NCBI GenBank assembly: GCA_934613415.1
Contig: CAKTSY010000002.1
Coordinates: 390,001-422,000, forward strand
Reading direction: 5' to 3'
DNA: 32,000 bases
Source of the DNA: an uncultured Opitutales bacterium
Lineage (GTDB): Bacteria > Verrucomicrobiota > Verrucomicrobiia > Opitutales > Intestinicryptomonadaceae
In this document: positions 1 to 7,920 of the stretch, piece by piece
How the letters are laid out: the number at the start of each line of letters is the position of its first letter
Position numbering within the stretch: position 1 is the first letter of the stretch
Notes under the pieces: generated by a model
Database searches by the model: none
What the model was told of the DNA's origin: nothing
Seen by the model: only the letters and a program-made list of their open reading frames with translations
Position numbers and translations under genes: made by a program

Positions 1-1
1 T

Positions 2-154
2 GTGTGGCTTTGTCCTATATTTAAAAAGTGCAACAAACAAAAGCTTGCCGAGCTAAAGGCAAAGCACCTAAAAATTTTAGGTTTGCTTAGCAAAGAACAA
101 CGGCAAAAATACGACGAATTGCACAAGAAATACCCAGCAATTACAGATTTATAA
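2..154 (+). CDS. 3' end of a CDS entering from upstream of the window (hypothetical protein)
   Basis: The frame is open from the window edge to TAA at 152-154. The tail reads ...KQKLAELKAKHLKILGLLSKEQRQKYDELHKKYPAITDL. The L-x-x-EQ-R-x-K helix is only vaguely Spy/CpxP-like, so no firm family call is made. Confidence 0.3.
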   Translation: MWLCPIFKKCNKQKLAELKAKHLKILGLLSKEQRQKYDELHKKYPAITDL

Positions 155-165
155 CAAAAATTTTT

Positions 166-564
166 ATGGAAAATTCCGTTAAAAAAAGGTCTTTTAGAAT
201 TGAATATTTTGTAGGCTTGCTTGCCTTGGCTTTTGCAATTTTTGGCTACTATTGCGCGCTGGCGTTCTATTGGTCGGGCTTAAAAAACAGCCCATTCGGC
301 TACGAAACGTGCGGGCTAGAATTTATTGCATGGTTTTTGTGTATATATCCAGCCTACATTGTCTCTTTGCCATTAAAAGCTTTGCTTGTCTGGAAATTTG
401 ATTATCCAAAAATTTGGTTTTGGATTTCGTTTTTAATGATGCTGGCTGTTTCAATTCCCATAAAATCGCTTTATCTTGGATTTGCCGCAATTTTCTTTAT
501 TCTGCTAGAATTTGTTTTATATGTGTTTGCCGCAATTTCGGCAAACAAATCCAAAAAGTTATGA
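166..564 (+). CDS. small integral membrane protein, unknown function (132 aa, ~4 predicted TM helices)
   Basis: ATG ORF with four long hydrophobic stretches. Its stop overlaps the next gene's start in an ATGA (561-564), which suggests translational coupling. Confidence 0.5.
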   Translation: MENSVKKRSFRIEYFVGLLALAFAIFGYYCALAFYWSGLKNSPFGYETCGLEFIAWFLCIYPAYIVSLPLKALLVWKFDYPKIWFWISFLMMLAVSIPIKSLYLGFAAIFFILLEFVLYVFAAISANKSKKL

Positions 565-1121
565 AAAAACTATTCTTTAAAGAGCTTGGCAAAAGGTTTG
601 TTGTTTACATTGCAATTTTAGCCTGCGGCGCATTGTTTGGCGCAATTTACGGCGCGTTAAACGACCAAATTACATACACAATTTCGCCCGAATATTACAC
701 AAAATTTAAGTTTGAGCAGTTTGGCATAAAGGGAAGCTTTGCCAACGAATATCCGCGAATTGGGGCTGCATTTGTGGGTGTATTTGCCACTTGGTGGACA
801 GGACTTTTGTTGGCGGCAATACAGGGGCTTTTTGCATTTATGCAGCAAAGTTGCCAGCAAATGTTTAAATGCTTTTTGCGTTCGGCCGGCATTGCAATTT
901 TTACGGTTGTTGTTTGCACTTTTTTAGCATATTGCGGTTTTATCTTTACGGGGGTTTACGTTCCCAAATATATAAACGATAAAGACGCCTTTAAAACTGT
1001 AGGCAATATGCACAATGTAGCCTACATTGCGGGCGTTGCGGGGCTGATTTTGGGCGTGTTATATAACACAACATATAGAATTTTTTGCGACACAAAAACT
1101 TTGTGTGCGCAAAAAAAATAG
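561..1121 (+). CDS. integral membrane protein, unknown function (186 aa)
   Basis: The track ORF 414-1121 has an internal ATG at 561 (MKKLFFKELGKRF...) that overlaps the upstream stop as ATGA. Several TM segments are present, plus a conserved-looking NDQITYTISPEYY segment. The 414 start would overlap most of the upstream gene, so 561 is preferred. Confidence 0.55.
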   Translation: MKKLFFKELGKRFVVYIAILACGALFGAIYGALNDQITYTISPEYYTKFKFEQFGIKGSFANEYPRIGAAFVGVFATWWTGLLLAAIQGLFAFMQQSCQQMFKCFLRSAGIAIFTVVVCTFLAYCGFIFTGVYVPKYINDKDAFKTVGNMHNVAYIAGVAGLILGVLYNTTYRIFCDTKTLCAQKK

Positions 1122-1137
1122 CCCCGAAATTCGGGGC
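1111..1137 (-). terminator. rho-independent terminator between convergent genes (best on minus strand)
   Basis: Stem GCCCCG (1121-1126) / CGGGGC (1132-1137) with loop AAATT. The A8 run at 1111-1118 gives a U8 tail on the minus-strand transcript, directly downstream of the 1148 stop. Confidence 0.55.
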
Positions 1138-1147
1138 TAAACACAAA

Positions 1148-3634
1148 TTATTTTGCCGATTTTACGGCAAGGGCTATTGCCTTTCGCACTCTTTCTGCAA
1201 AATCGGCGTAGCTTTCGTCTTTTTCGGGGCGCATTTGCGGCAGATATTGCACCGAAATTTTTGCCCTAAAGTCGGGCATATTTGCTCCAGCTTTCAAGGC
1301 TTCGTACGCTCCCGAAATTGCAACGGGCACAACGGGCACACCAAGCTCTTTTGCCAAAATGGCAAAGCTTTGTTTGAATTCCGAAACTTCGCCGTCGGGT
1401 GTTCTTGTGCCTTCGGGGAAAATTACAAGAGTTTTGTTTTGCCTTAAAACCTCGGCCGCCTTTTGTATGGATTCTTTTACGCCGCTTTTAATGTCCATAA
1501 TAATAACGTTGCTGCAGTCTGCATATTTCCTGATAAGCCCGCTTTTTATTATGCCCCTTATTTTTGCAAAAAAGTAGGTGTTGTAGAGCTTTTTTGTTGA
1601 AAGTTTTTGCACCGCAAACACGCCGTCGAAATAGCATTGGTGGTTTGCCGCCAAAATGGCGGCTCCTTGCGGAATGTTGTTTTGCCCAGAAACCTTTACA
1701 GAGTATAAAAGCTTTGAAATCGTCTTAAAAATTGCCGCCGAAATGCAGTGTAAAAAGTTTGGTTTGCAGAGCATAGCCGCAGGTTTTTCGGCTATTATTT
1801 CGTTCCAACTGGGCTCTTTAATTTGCGTGTTAAAAGTTTCGCCTTTTGCAAGGCTTTCTACATATTCGGCAAGTTTGCGCAAAGTGGGGTATTTTTCAAA
1901 GTCAGCCTCTGTAATTTCAATACCAAAGCTTTCCTTTATAAAGCATTGCATTGCAATTTTGCCAAGCGAGTCTAGCCCCAAGTCCATCTCCATATTCGCG
2001 TCGCACCTAACTTGCCCCGAAATTTGAGCCGCCAAAGTTTTCTTTAAAAGTTTGTATGTTTGGCTTTCGGGCTCGGGGTTGGCGGGCTTTTCTTCGTCGG
2101 CAATGCCGTTCAGCAAATCGGGCAGCATATGCCTTTTTAATTTGCCTATTCTTGTGCGCGGCAATTCGCTGTTTGTTATGGTAAATTTTATAATGCGCTT
2201 ATATACGGCGTTTTTTCTGTTATACGGCAAAATGGCGTTGTTTTGCACAAACTCCATTGCCAAGGCGGGCGGCATATCGGCATATTCGCCCGAAAGGCGT
2301 ATTATGGCCTGCAAAACACCATCTTTATAGCATATACCTATTTCCGAAATTTGCGGGCATTCCTTTTTTACAAGGGCTTCCAAATCGGAGGGGTTAAACT
2401 TTTTGCCGTTGGGCAAAACTATAATTTCCTTGCACCTGCCAGTAATGAAAATAAAGCCCTGTTCGTCTATATAGCCTAGGTCGCCCGTGTGCAGATAGCC
2501 GTCTACTATCGTTTGGGCGGTTTCTTGCGGGCGCTTGTAGTAGCCGCTTGTAATGTTGCTGCCCTTTACGATAATTTCGCCGTTGTCTATCTTTACGTCT
2601 ATGCCGTTTAGGGGCTGGCCTACCGAGCCCGCCTTTATATTGTCGGGGCGCGGGAACGAAATTATGGGGGAGGCCTCCGTCATTCCGTAGCCCTCGCACA
2701 TCTTAAAGCCGAGGGCTGTTAAGTCTGCAAAAACGGTTTTGTTAAGGGCGGCCCCGCCCGAAACGTAAAAGTTTGCCCCGCCGCCTAGCGCGGAATGTAT
2801 TTTGCCGAAAATCTTTTTTGAAAGCCAAAGTTTGTTTGCGGTTTTTGCCGCGGCAAACAAAAGCTTTGCAATTTTAGATTTCGAAATTTTACCCATTATG
2901 CCAGCATGCAAAGTTTCGTAAAAGCGCGGCACGCTTATAAAAAGGTGGATTTTGCGCGCTTTCATTGCCGCCGAAATGTCTTCGAAAGTAAGCGATTTTG
3001 GCATTACAATTTCGCCTTCTACATAAAGGGGCACAATAACCGTGCCCGCAATGGGCAGAATGTGGTGGAATGGCAGCATTGCAAAGCATTTTAGCCCTTT
3101 GGGGAAATATTGCGTTTTGCAAACGGCGTCTATATTCGTATATATATTTTTAAACGTAAGCATTACGCCTTTGGGCGCGCCCGTTGTGCCCGATGTATAC
3201 ACAATAAGGGCAAGGTCGTCTAAATCGCGCTCTACCGAAAAGTCACTGCCTACATCTAAAAGAGGCTGTTCGGAAATTTGCGAAATGTCTATAACGCGAA
3301 TGTTGCGGTTTGTTTTTGCAACGGCCGACTTTGCTTTTTCGAGATTTTCGGGCGAAGCGAAAACGGTTTCGGTGTCGCTGTCGGTCAATAAAAACTGCAA
3401 CTCGCTTTCGGTTGAATTTGCATCTATTGGAATTACCGAGGCTTTAGCCGCCCAAGCTCCCTGCAAGGCTGCAATCCATTCGGGGCTGTTTGCCGCAAAA
3501 ATTGCAACTTTAGAGCTGTTTTGGCAAAGCAAAGCCGCCTTTTTTATGTAAGAGCAAAGTGTTTTGTACGAATAAGTTTTGCCGCCGAAATACACGGCGT
3601 TTTTATTCGAACATTTTATCAGCGTTATTTTCAT
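1148..3634 (-). CDS. tri-domain fusion: fatty acyl-AMP ligase (AMP-binding) + acyl/peptidyl carrier domain + PlsC-type lysophospholipid acyltransferase (828 aa)
   Basis: AMP-binding signature YTSGTTGAPKGV (aa 146-157), TGDLGYIDEQGFIFITGR and a terminal IGKLKR. Carrier-domain motif DLGLDSL with Ser556 (codon 1967-1969). Acyltransferase HX4D motif NHQCYFD (His665, codon 1640-1642) and FPEGTRT (aa 739-745). Confidence 0.85.
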   Translation of the reverse strand: MKITLIKCSNKNAVYFGGKTYSYKTLCSYIKKAALLCQNSSKVAIFAANSPEWIAALQGAWAAKASVIPIDANSTESELQFLLTDSDTETVFASPENLEKAKSAVAKTNRNIRVIDISQISEQPLLDVGSDFSVERDLDDLALIVYTSGTTGAPKGVMLTFKNIYTNIDAVCKTQYFPKGLKCFAMLPFHHILPIAGTVIVPLYVEGEIVMPKSLTFEDISAAMKARKIHLFISVPRFYETLHAGIMGKISKSKIAKLLFAAAKTANKLWLSKKIFGKIHSALGGGANFYVSGGAALNKTVFADLTALGFKMCEGYGMTEASPIISFPRPDNIKAGSVGQPLNGIDVKIDNGEIIVKGSNITSGYYKRPQETAQTIVDGYLHTGDLGYIDEQGFIFITGRCKEIIVLPNGKKFNPSDLEALVKKECPQISEIGICYKDGVLQAIIRLSGEYADMPPALAMEFVQNNAILPYNRKNAVYKRIIKFTITNSELPRTRIGKLKRHMLPDLLNGIADEEKPANPEPESQTYKLLKKTLAAQISGQVRCDANMEMDLGLDSLGKIAMQCFIKESFGIEITEADFEKYPTLRKLAEYVESLAKGETFNTQIKEPSWNEIIAEKPAAMLCKPNFLHCISAAIFKTISKLLYSVKVSGQNNIPQGAAILAANHQCYFDGVFAVQKLSTKKLYNTYFFAKIRGIIKSGLIRKYADCSNVIIMDIKSGVKESIQKAAEVLRQNKTLVIFPEGTRTPDGEVSEFKQSFAILAKELGVPVVPVAISGAYEALKAGANMPDFRAKISVQYLPQMRPEKDESYADFAERVRKAIALAVKSAK

Positions 3635-3676
3635 TATAACTTTGTTAAATCATAAAAAGGCAGTTATGTCAACAGT

Positions 3677-3694
3677 AATGAACGCTCGTTCATT
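3677..3694. promoter_or_regulatory. perfect 8+2+8 palindrome AATGAACG-CT-CGTTCATT, candidate operator upstream of the acyl-ligase fusion gene
   Basis: Read directly from the sequence. It lies 43-60 nt upstream of the ATG at 3634 (minus strand), adjacent to a TTGACA hexamer on the minus strand. The loop is too short and no U-tail follows, so it is not a convincing terminator. Confidence 0.3.
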
Positions 3695-3756
3695 GGGTGC
3701 GAACACATACGTCGCCTTGCCGAAATATGCCGAATTTTGCCCGTTTATATAAAAAC

Positions 3757-4779
3757 TTAAGAAACTTTTCTTTTGCGCAAAAAAACGAAGGCTAATGCCG
3801 AAAGTGCGGCAAACAAAGCGCATTGTGCGGCTTCTGGAACCTCGTTTAAAACGCCGACACCGCTTAGGTCGAACCCTGGCGTGCCCGAGGTGGGATACGC
3901 ATCGTAAATCGGGCAGCCGCGGCTGTCTAAAGTTGTGCCGTCGCCTACAATGTCGCCAATTCTAACGTAGTTTACATTGTCTAAATCAAGATAGTTGTAG
4001 CTGTCTAGAAAATCGCGCATATATTCTGCCGAAAACATACTGCTAGATTTTGCGGTGTTTGTGTCGAAATCGTAGTGGTCTAATATATAGTTGTAAACAT
4101 CTGCCAATTCCTGCAGGTCGTAGCCTGTGCCGTATCCAATTCTATATTTCGAGCCTAGGTTGTATATCAACGTAGGGTCGTTTACGCCGCCGCCAACATC
4201 GCCGTCGGAGCCTACGGGTTTTGTGCCCAAATAGAAATTGGGGAACCTTACAAAGTGGGTGGCGTCGGTAGAAACTTCAACAAAAGCCAATTCCAAAAAA
4301 GTGTCGTTTAGGGCGTTTTCGAACACGCAAAAGTCGTAGCCTGCGCCGTTGCGTATTGCCTTGTCGAAACCCAAAATTATAGAGCCGCCGTCGCCCAAAA
4401 CAAGAACGTCGGAAGTGTTGCTTGCTGTTGGTTTGCCAAGGGCTTTGCTTGTGTCGGTCCAATAGCCAACGTCGTAGTCGGTTTCGCTGCCCGTAATGCC
4501 GCTGCCTTGAACGTACGAAACGCATTTTGTTGCCCACCCTTTAAAGGTGTATTTGGGTTTCATTCCCGAGCTTGTCCAAACCTTGCCGCTAACGTGAATA
4601 GCCGCGCTATTTGCGTCGCCTACGCCCGGGGCAAAGCCTGTAACATAGCCGTAGTTAGAGTCGTACGAATAGTATTCGTTTGCGGGTAAAAAGCAGTCTA
4701 TGCCCAAACTTTGCGCGTATAGCGGTTGAAATGCCGCCGCCAAAATTGAAAGGGCCGAAAATATATTTTTTGCCTTCAT
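3757..4779 (-). CDS. secreted PEP-CTERM-type anchored protein, unknown function (340 aa), third gene of the B12-riboswitch operon
   Basis: N-terminal signal peptide MKAKNIFSALSILAAAFQPLYAQ. C-terminus VPEAAQCALFAALSALAFVFLRKRKVS has the PEP-CTERM-like layout of motif, TM helix and basic tail. It starts 4 nt after the TonB-receptor stop. Confidence 0.7.
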   Translation of the reverse strand: MKAKNIFSALSILAAAFQPLYAQSLGIDCFLPANEYYSYDSNYGYVTGFAPGVGDANSAAIHVSGKVWTSSGMKPKYTFKGWATKCVSYVQGSGITGSETDYDVGYWTDTSKALGKPTASNTSDVLVLGDGGSIILGFDKAIRNGAGYDFCVFENALNDTFLELAFVEVSTDATHFVRFPNFYLGTKPVGSDGDVGGGVNDPTLIYNLGSKYRIGYGTGYDLQELADVYNYILDHYDFDTNTAKSSSMFSAEYMRDFLDSYNYLDLDNVNYVRIGDIVGDGTTLDSRGCPIYDAYPTSGTPGFDLSGVGVLNEVPEAAQCALFAALSALAFVFLRKRKVS

Positions 4780-4783
4780 TTAT

Positions 4784-6868
4784 TTAATAAGTTAAAGTTA
4801 TGCCTGCGCTGAATGTTCTGCCAATTCCGGGGTAGTAGCCCGACTTCCACGCGCACGAGATATAGCGTTTGTCTAGCAGGTTGTCGACTGCAACAAAGCA
4901 GCTTGCGTATTTGCAGATTTTGTAGTTTGCCCTAATCGACAAAAGCGCGTAGGCCGGAATTTTTGCCGTTGTGTTTTCGTAGTCGCTGCCAACATATTGG
5001 TCGCTTAAAAAGCTTGCCGAAAACGAGAGCGTAAGAGGCTCAATAGGGCGCACAAAGGCCGACAGCGTGCCCGAAAAATTCGGGACAAGCGGAATTTCGT
5101 TTCCGTCGTTTTCGCCCTCTAAAAACTGCGCTTTTACCGCCGAAAACATTGCGCTAAAGCCCCAAATTTTTGCGTCGTATTCTAGCGAAATATCGGTGCC
5201 AAAGCGCATTGTGGGGTCTAAATTTGTATTTAGCCATTCAAGCCCGCTAGGCGTAAGTGTTTGGTAATACGAAATTTCGTCTACAAGCATATTTAAAAAG
5301 AAACTTCCCGTAAGCTTCCAATTTTCGTTTTCGAATTTTACGCCGATTTCGTAGTTTTGCCCCTTTTCGGGAGAAAGGTCTTTGTTGAAGGGCACGCTTA
5401 AGCCGCCGTAGGTTTGATACGAGCAAACTTCGTCGGCAACGGGATAGTGGTAAATTTGGTCGAACTTAAAGAACAAGGCGGTGTTGTTTTCTACCAAGTA
5501 TGTTGCGCCGAAGTTTGCGCCAAAGCCAGTAAACGAAACGTGTTCTTTATAGGTATTTGCGGGGTTTATCTGCGGCGGCCAATCGGGGTTTGGCACTAAA
5601 ATTGTTGTGCCGCCCACCGAAATTTCCCTAAATTCGTCTAGCGAGTTTTGCTTAAATTCGGTATTGTCTACACTAAGGCGCGAAAAGCTTACGCGGCCTA
5701 CGGCGTTTAAAATAAGCTTTTCAAACAAAGTGCAGTCGCCGCCAATGTAGGGTTCGGCAGAAATTTGCGAAGCGTCGGCATAGCCCTTGTAGGGGGCAGA
5801 GCCGTCGTGCAAACGCTTAAAGTCTATATTGCTATATTCGCCGTCGAAGCCCACAAGAATGTGGGTGTTTTCGGAAGTTTCGAATTTGTATTTAGGTGTA
5901 AAAGAGGCGGTATACTGAAAGTTTTTTGTCTTGCCGCCCATATCCCAAAATATGTCCCTAAAATTCCAGCCAAGGCCTACGTCGCCTTCGCCTGAGGCAG
6001 ATTGCGTGTCTAAGCTTAAGCTATACGAGCCGTCTCTTGAATACGACTTTGAATTGTAGAAACTTTGCTGCGGGTTTATGTTGCATTGCGCCAAGGTTAA
6101 GGGGCCAGCATACATTGTGTTAGAGTCGGTATAATTGCCCGAAAAAACAAGAGAGTTGTTTTCGTTTATGTCGTAGCCAAGGCTTAGGTTTGCGCTTATA
6201 GCATCGCTTGCCGAGTTGTCGCGCCAGCCCGCCGAATTAAAATAGTTTAGCCCTATGTTTGCAAAAAAGTCGCCCTCTACAAGAGAGGCTTGCGCCGCCA
6301 AATCGTAGGTTTGGTACGAGCCGTATAGCCCTTTAAATACATACGAATTTTCTTTGGGGCGTTTTGTCTTTATTTTTATAACACCAGCCGACGCCGCCGA
6401 GCCATACAACGCCGTTTGCGAGCCCCTTAGCACCTCCATGCTTTCTATGCTAGAAAGGGGAATTTGCAGCCAGTTAATTGTCCCCATATCTGGGCGGTTT
6501 ATCCTGTGGTTGTCTACAACAACCATTATTCTTGTTTGCGAATTTTCGCCAAAGCCGCGCATTGCAAAGTCGCCCGATGCCATAGACGATGTTACGCTTC
6601 TAAAATTTAGATTTGCAAAGTTTTTAAGGGCTTCGGCAACGTTTGTGTATTGCGAATTTTCAAGCTTTTCGGCCGAAATTTGAACCGTGTTTGCGGGGGT
6701 TTCCAAATTGGGGGTTAAAAACCTGTAGGCCGTAGCGTATACGGTGTCTAAAGTGCCTGCATATTGCGCTTCGTTTGCTTGGGGTTTTCCCTGCGCAAAA
6801 ATGGTGTTTTGCGCGCAAAAAAGCGCAATCAATGCAAAATTAAAGCAACATTTAGACACCGTGCTCAT
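4784..6868 (-). CDS. TonB-dependent outer-membrane receptor, BtuB-like (694 aa)
   Basis: Signal peptide, then a TonB-box-like LDTVYATA. Plug-domain motif MEVLRGSQTALYGSAASAGVIKIKTK. C-terminal beta-barrel ends in GRTFSAGITLTY with an aromatic terminus. It sits downstream of a cobalamin riboswitch. Confidence 0.9.
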   Translation of the reverse strand: MSTVSKCCFNFALIALFCAQNTIFAQGKPQANEAQYAGTLDTVYATAYRFLTPNLETPANTVQISAEKLENSQYTNVAEALKNFANLNFRSVTSSMASGDFAMRGFGENSQTRIMVVVDNHRINRPDMGTINWLQIPLSSIESMEVLRGSQTALYGSAASAGVIKIKTKRPKENSYVFKGLYGSYQTYDLAAQASLVEGDFFANIGLNYFNSAGWRDNSASDAISANLSLGYDINENNSLVFSGNYTDSNTMYAGPLTLAQCNINPQQSFYNSKSYSRDGSYSLSLDTQSASGEGDVGLGWNFRDIFWDMGGKTKNFQYTASFTPKYKFETSENTHILVGFDGEYSNIDFKRLHDGSAPYKGYADASQISAEPYIGGDCTLFEKLILNAVGRVSFSRLSVDNTEFKQNSLDEFREISVGGTTILVPNPDWPPQINPANTYKEHVSFTGFGANFGATYLVENNTALFFKFDQIYHYPVADEVCSYQTYGGLSVPFNKDLSPEKGQNYEIGVKFENENWKLTGSFFLNMLVDEISYYQTLTPSGLEWLNTNLDPTMRFGTDISLEYDAKIWGFSAMFSAVKAQFLEGENDGNEIPLVPNFSGTLSAFVRPIEPLTLSFSASFLSDQYVGSDYENTTAKIPAYALLSIRANYKICKYASCFVAVDNLLDKRYISCAWKSGYYPGIGRTFSAGITLTY

Positions 6869-6881
6869 TCAATAAATCCCT

Positions 6882-7733
6882 TTATTTACGCCTGCGGTAT
6901 ATTGCCAATGCCAAAGCCAATGCGCCGAATATTGCAGCGTATGTAGAAGGTTCGGGAACCGCCGCCGACGAGTAGGTTAGGTTGTCCATAGCAAAATACG
7001 AGGGTGCATTTGCGCCCCATTCGCCGTAGTCGTCGGTAAGGGTTTTAAAGTAAAGCCCGTAAATGCCTTCGGCTTCGTTTAGGGAGGAAAGGTCTACGTC
7101 TATCCAGCTATTTGTAACGGTGTCGGCGTTCGAAAGCTCGCATTCAATAAAGTTTTCGGAAAATTCGCCCATAGAGTCTATCGCATAGATTAGCACTTTA
7201 AACGAGTGGTAGTTGCCTTCTTCGGTAAGGGTTTTTGTAAGGTAGTCGTAGCTAACAAGCGTGTTTGCCAATTGAATTGAGCTTACGTTTATTAAGTCCG
7301 AAAACAAAATCTGCGCCATATCCGAGCTTGAATAGCCCGAATTTGCCGAGGTATTTCCGTAGTAAATGCCGTAGTAGCCGCCTGCTACGCCGCTGCCGTC
7401 GGTGCCGGTAACGGAAGTATATTGTCCAAGCTCGCCGGCTTCCCAATATTTTGAAATATCTACGGTTTTGTCGGAGCAGTTCGACACGCTTATGCCGTCC
7501 CACGAATAGTACCAAACTCCGCTATATTGGCTGTTGCTCCAATTAAAGCCAACTTGCGGGTTGTACATATAGCCTTCGTAATAATGTACACCGCTGTCCG
7601 TTGCCGTTGTAGAACGGTTGGCGTCGTATACGGGAGCTGCCCCCGAAAAATCGAACACATCGGCACTAAGGCCTTGTGCGGTTAGCGTTAAGGCGGTTAA
7701 AGCCGCCGCAATAGATAGTAGTTTGTTTTTCAT
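6882..7733 (-). CDS. secreted PEP-CTERM-anchored protein, unknown function (283 aa), first gene after the B12 riboswitch
   Basis: Signal peptide MKNKLLSIAAALTALTLTAQG from the ATG at 7733; the track ORF starts 9 codons earlier at 7760. Canonical PEP-CTERM end VPEPSTYAAIFGALALALAIYRRRK. The mature region is rich in Tyr, Gly, Ser and Trp. Confidence 0.75.
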   Translation of the reverse strand: MKNKLLSIAAALTALTLTAQGLSADVFDFSGAAPVYDANRSTTATDSGVHYYEGYMYNPQVGFNWSNSQYSGVWYYSWDGISVSNCSDKTVDISKYWEAGELGQYTSVTGTDGSGVAGGYYGIYYGNTSANSGYSSSDMAQILFSDLINVSSIQLANTLVSYDYLTKTLTEEGNYHSFKVLIYAIDSMGEFSENFIECELSNADTVTNSWIDVDLSSLNEAEGIYGLYFKTLTDDYGEWGANAPSYFAMDNLTYSSAAVPEPSTYAAIFGALALALAIYRRRK

Positions 7734-7920
7734 TTGTTGTTTTATCTTTCCGGTTTGCATCGAAGCGGTCGATAATCCCTAAATTTTCCGAAAAGAAACA
7801 ACAAAACGCCGCCTGCAAAATTCAGCAAAAGCCAAAGTTGCATACGGCAAAATTTTGTCCATATATAAAGGGAGGTTAACCCAAAATATATTCATAGTTC
7901 CTCTTCGGGAAGTTAGGACA

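Noticed and set aside
3042-3551. A 169-aa plus-strand ORF and several 60-120-aa ORFs within 1085-3551.
   Set aside because: All overlap the 828-aa ligase/carrier/PlsC gene, which is supported by multiple catalytic motifs. None has independent support.
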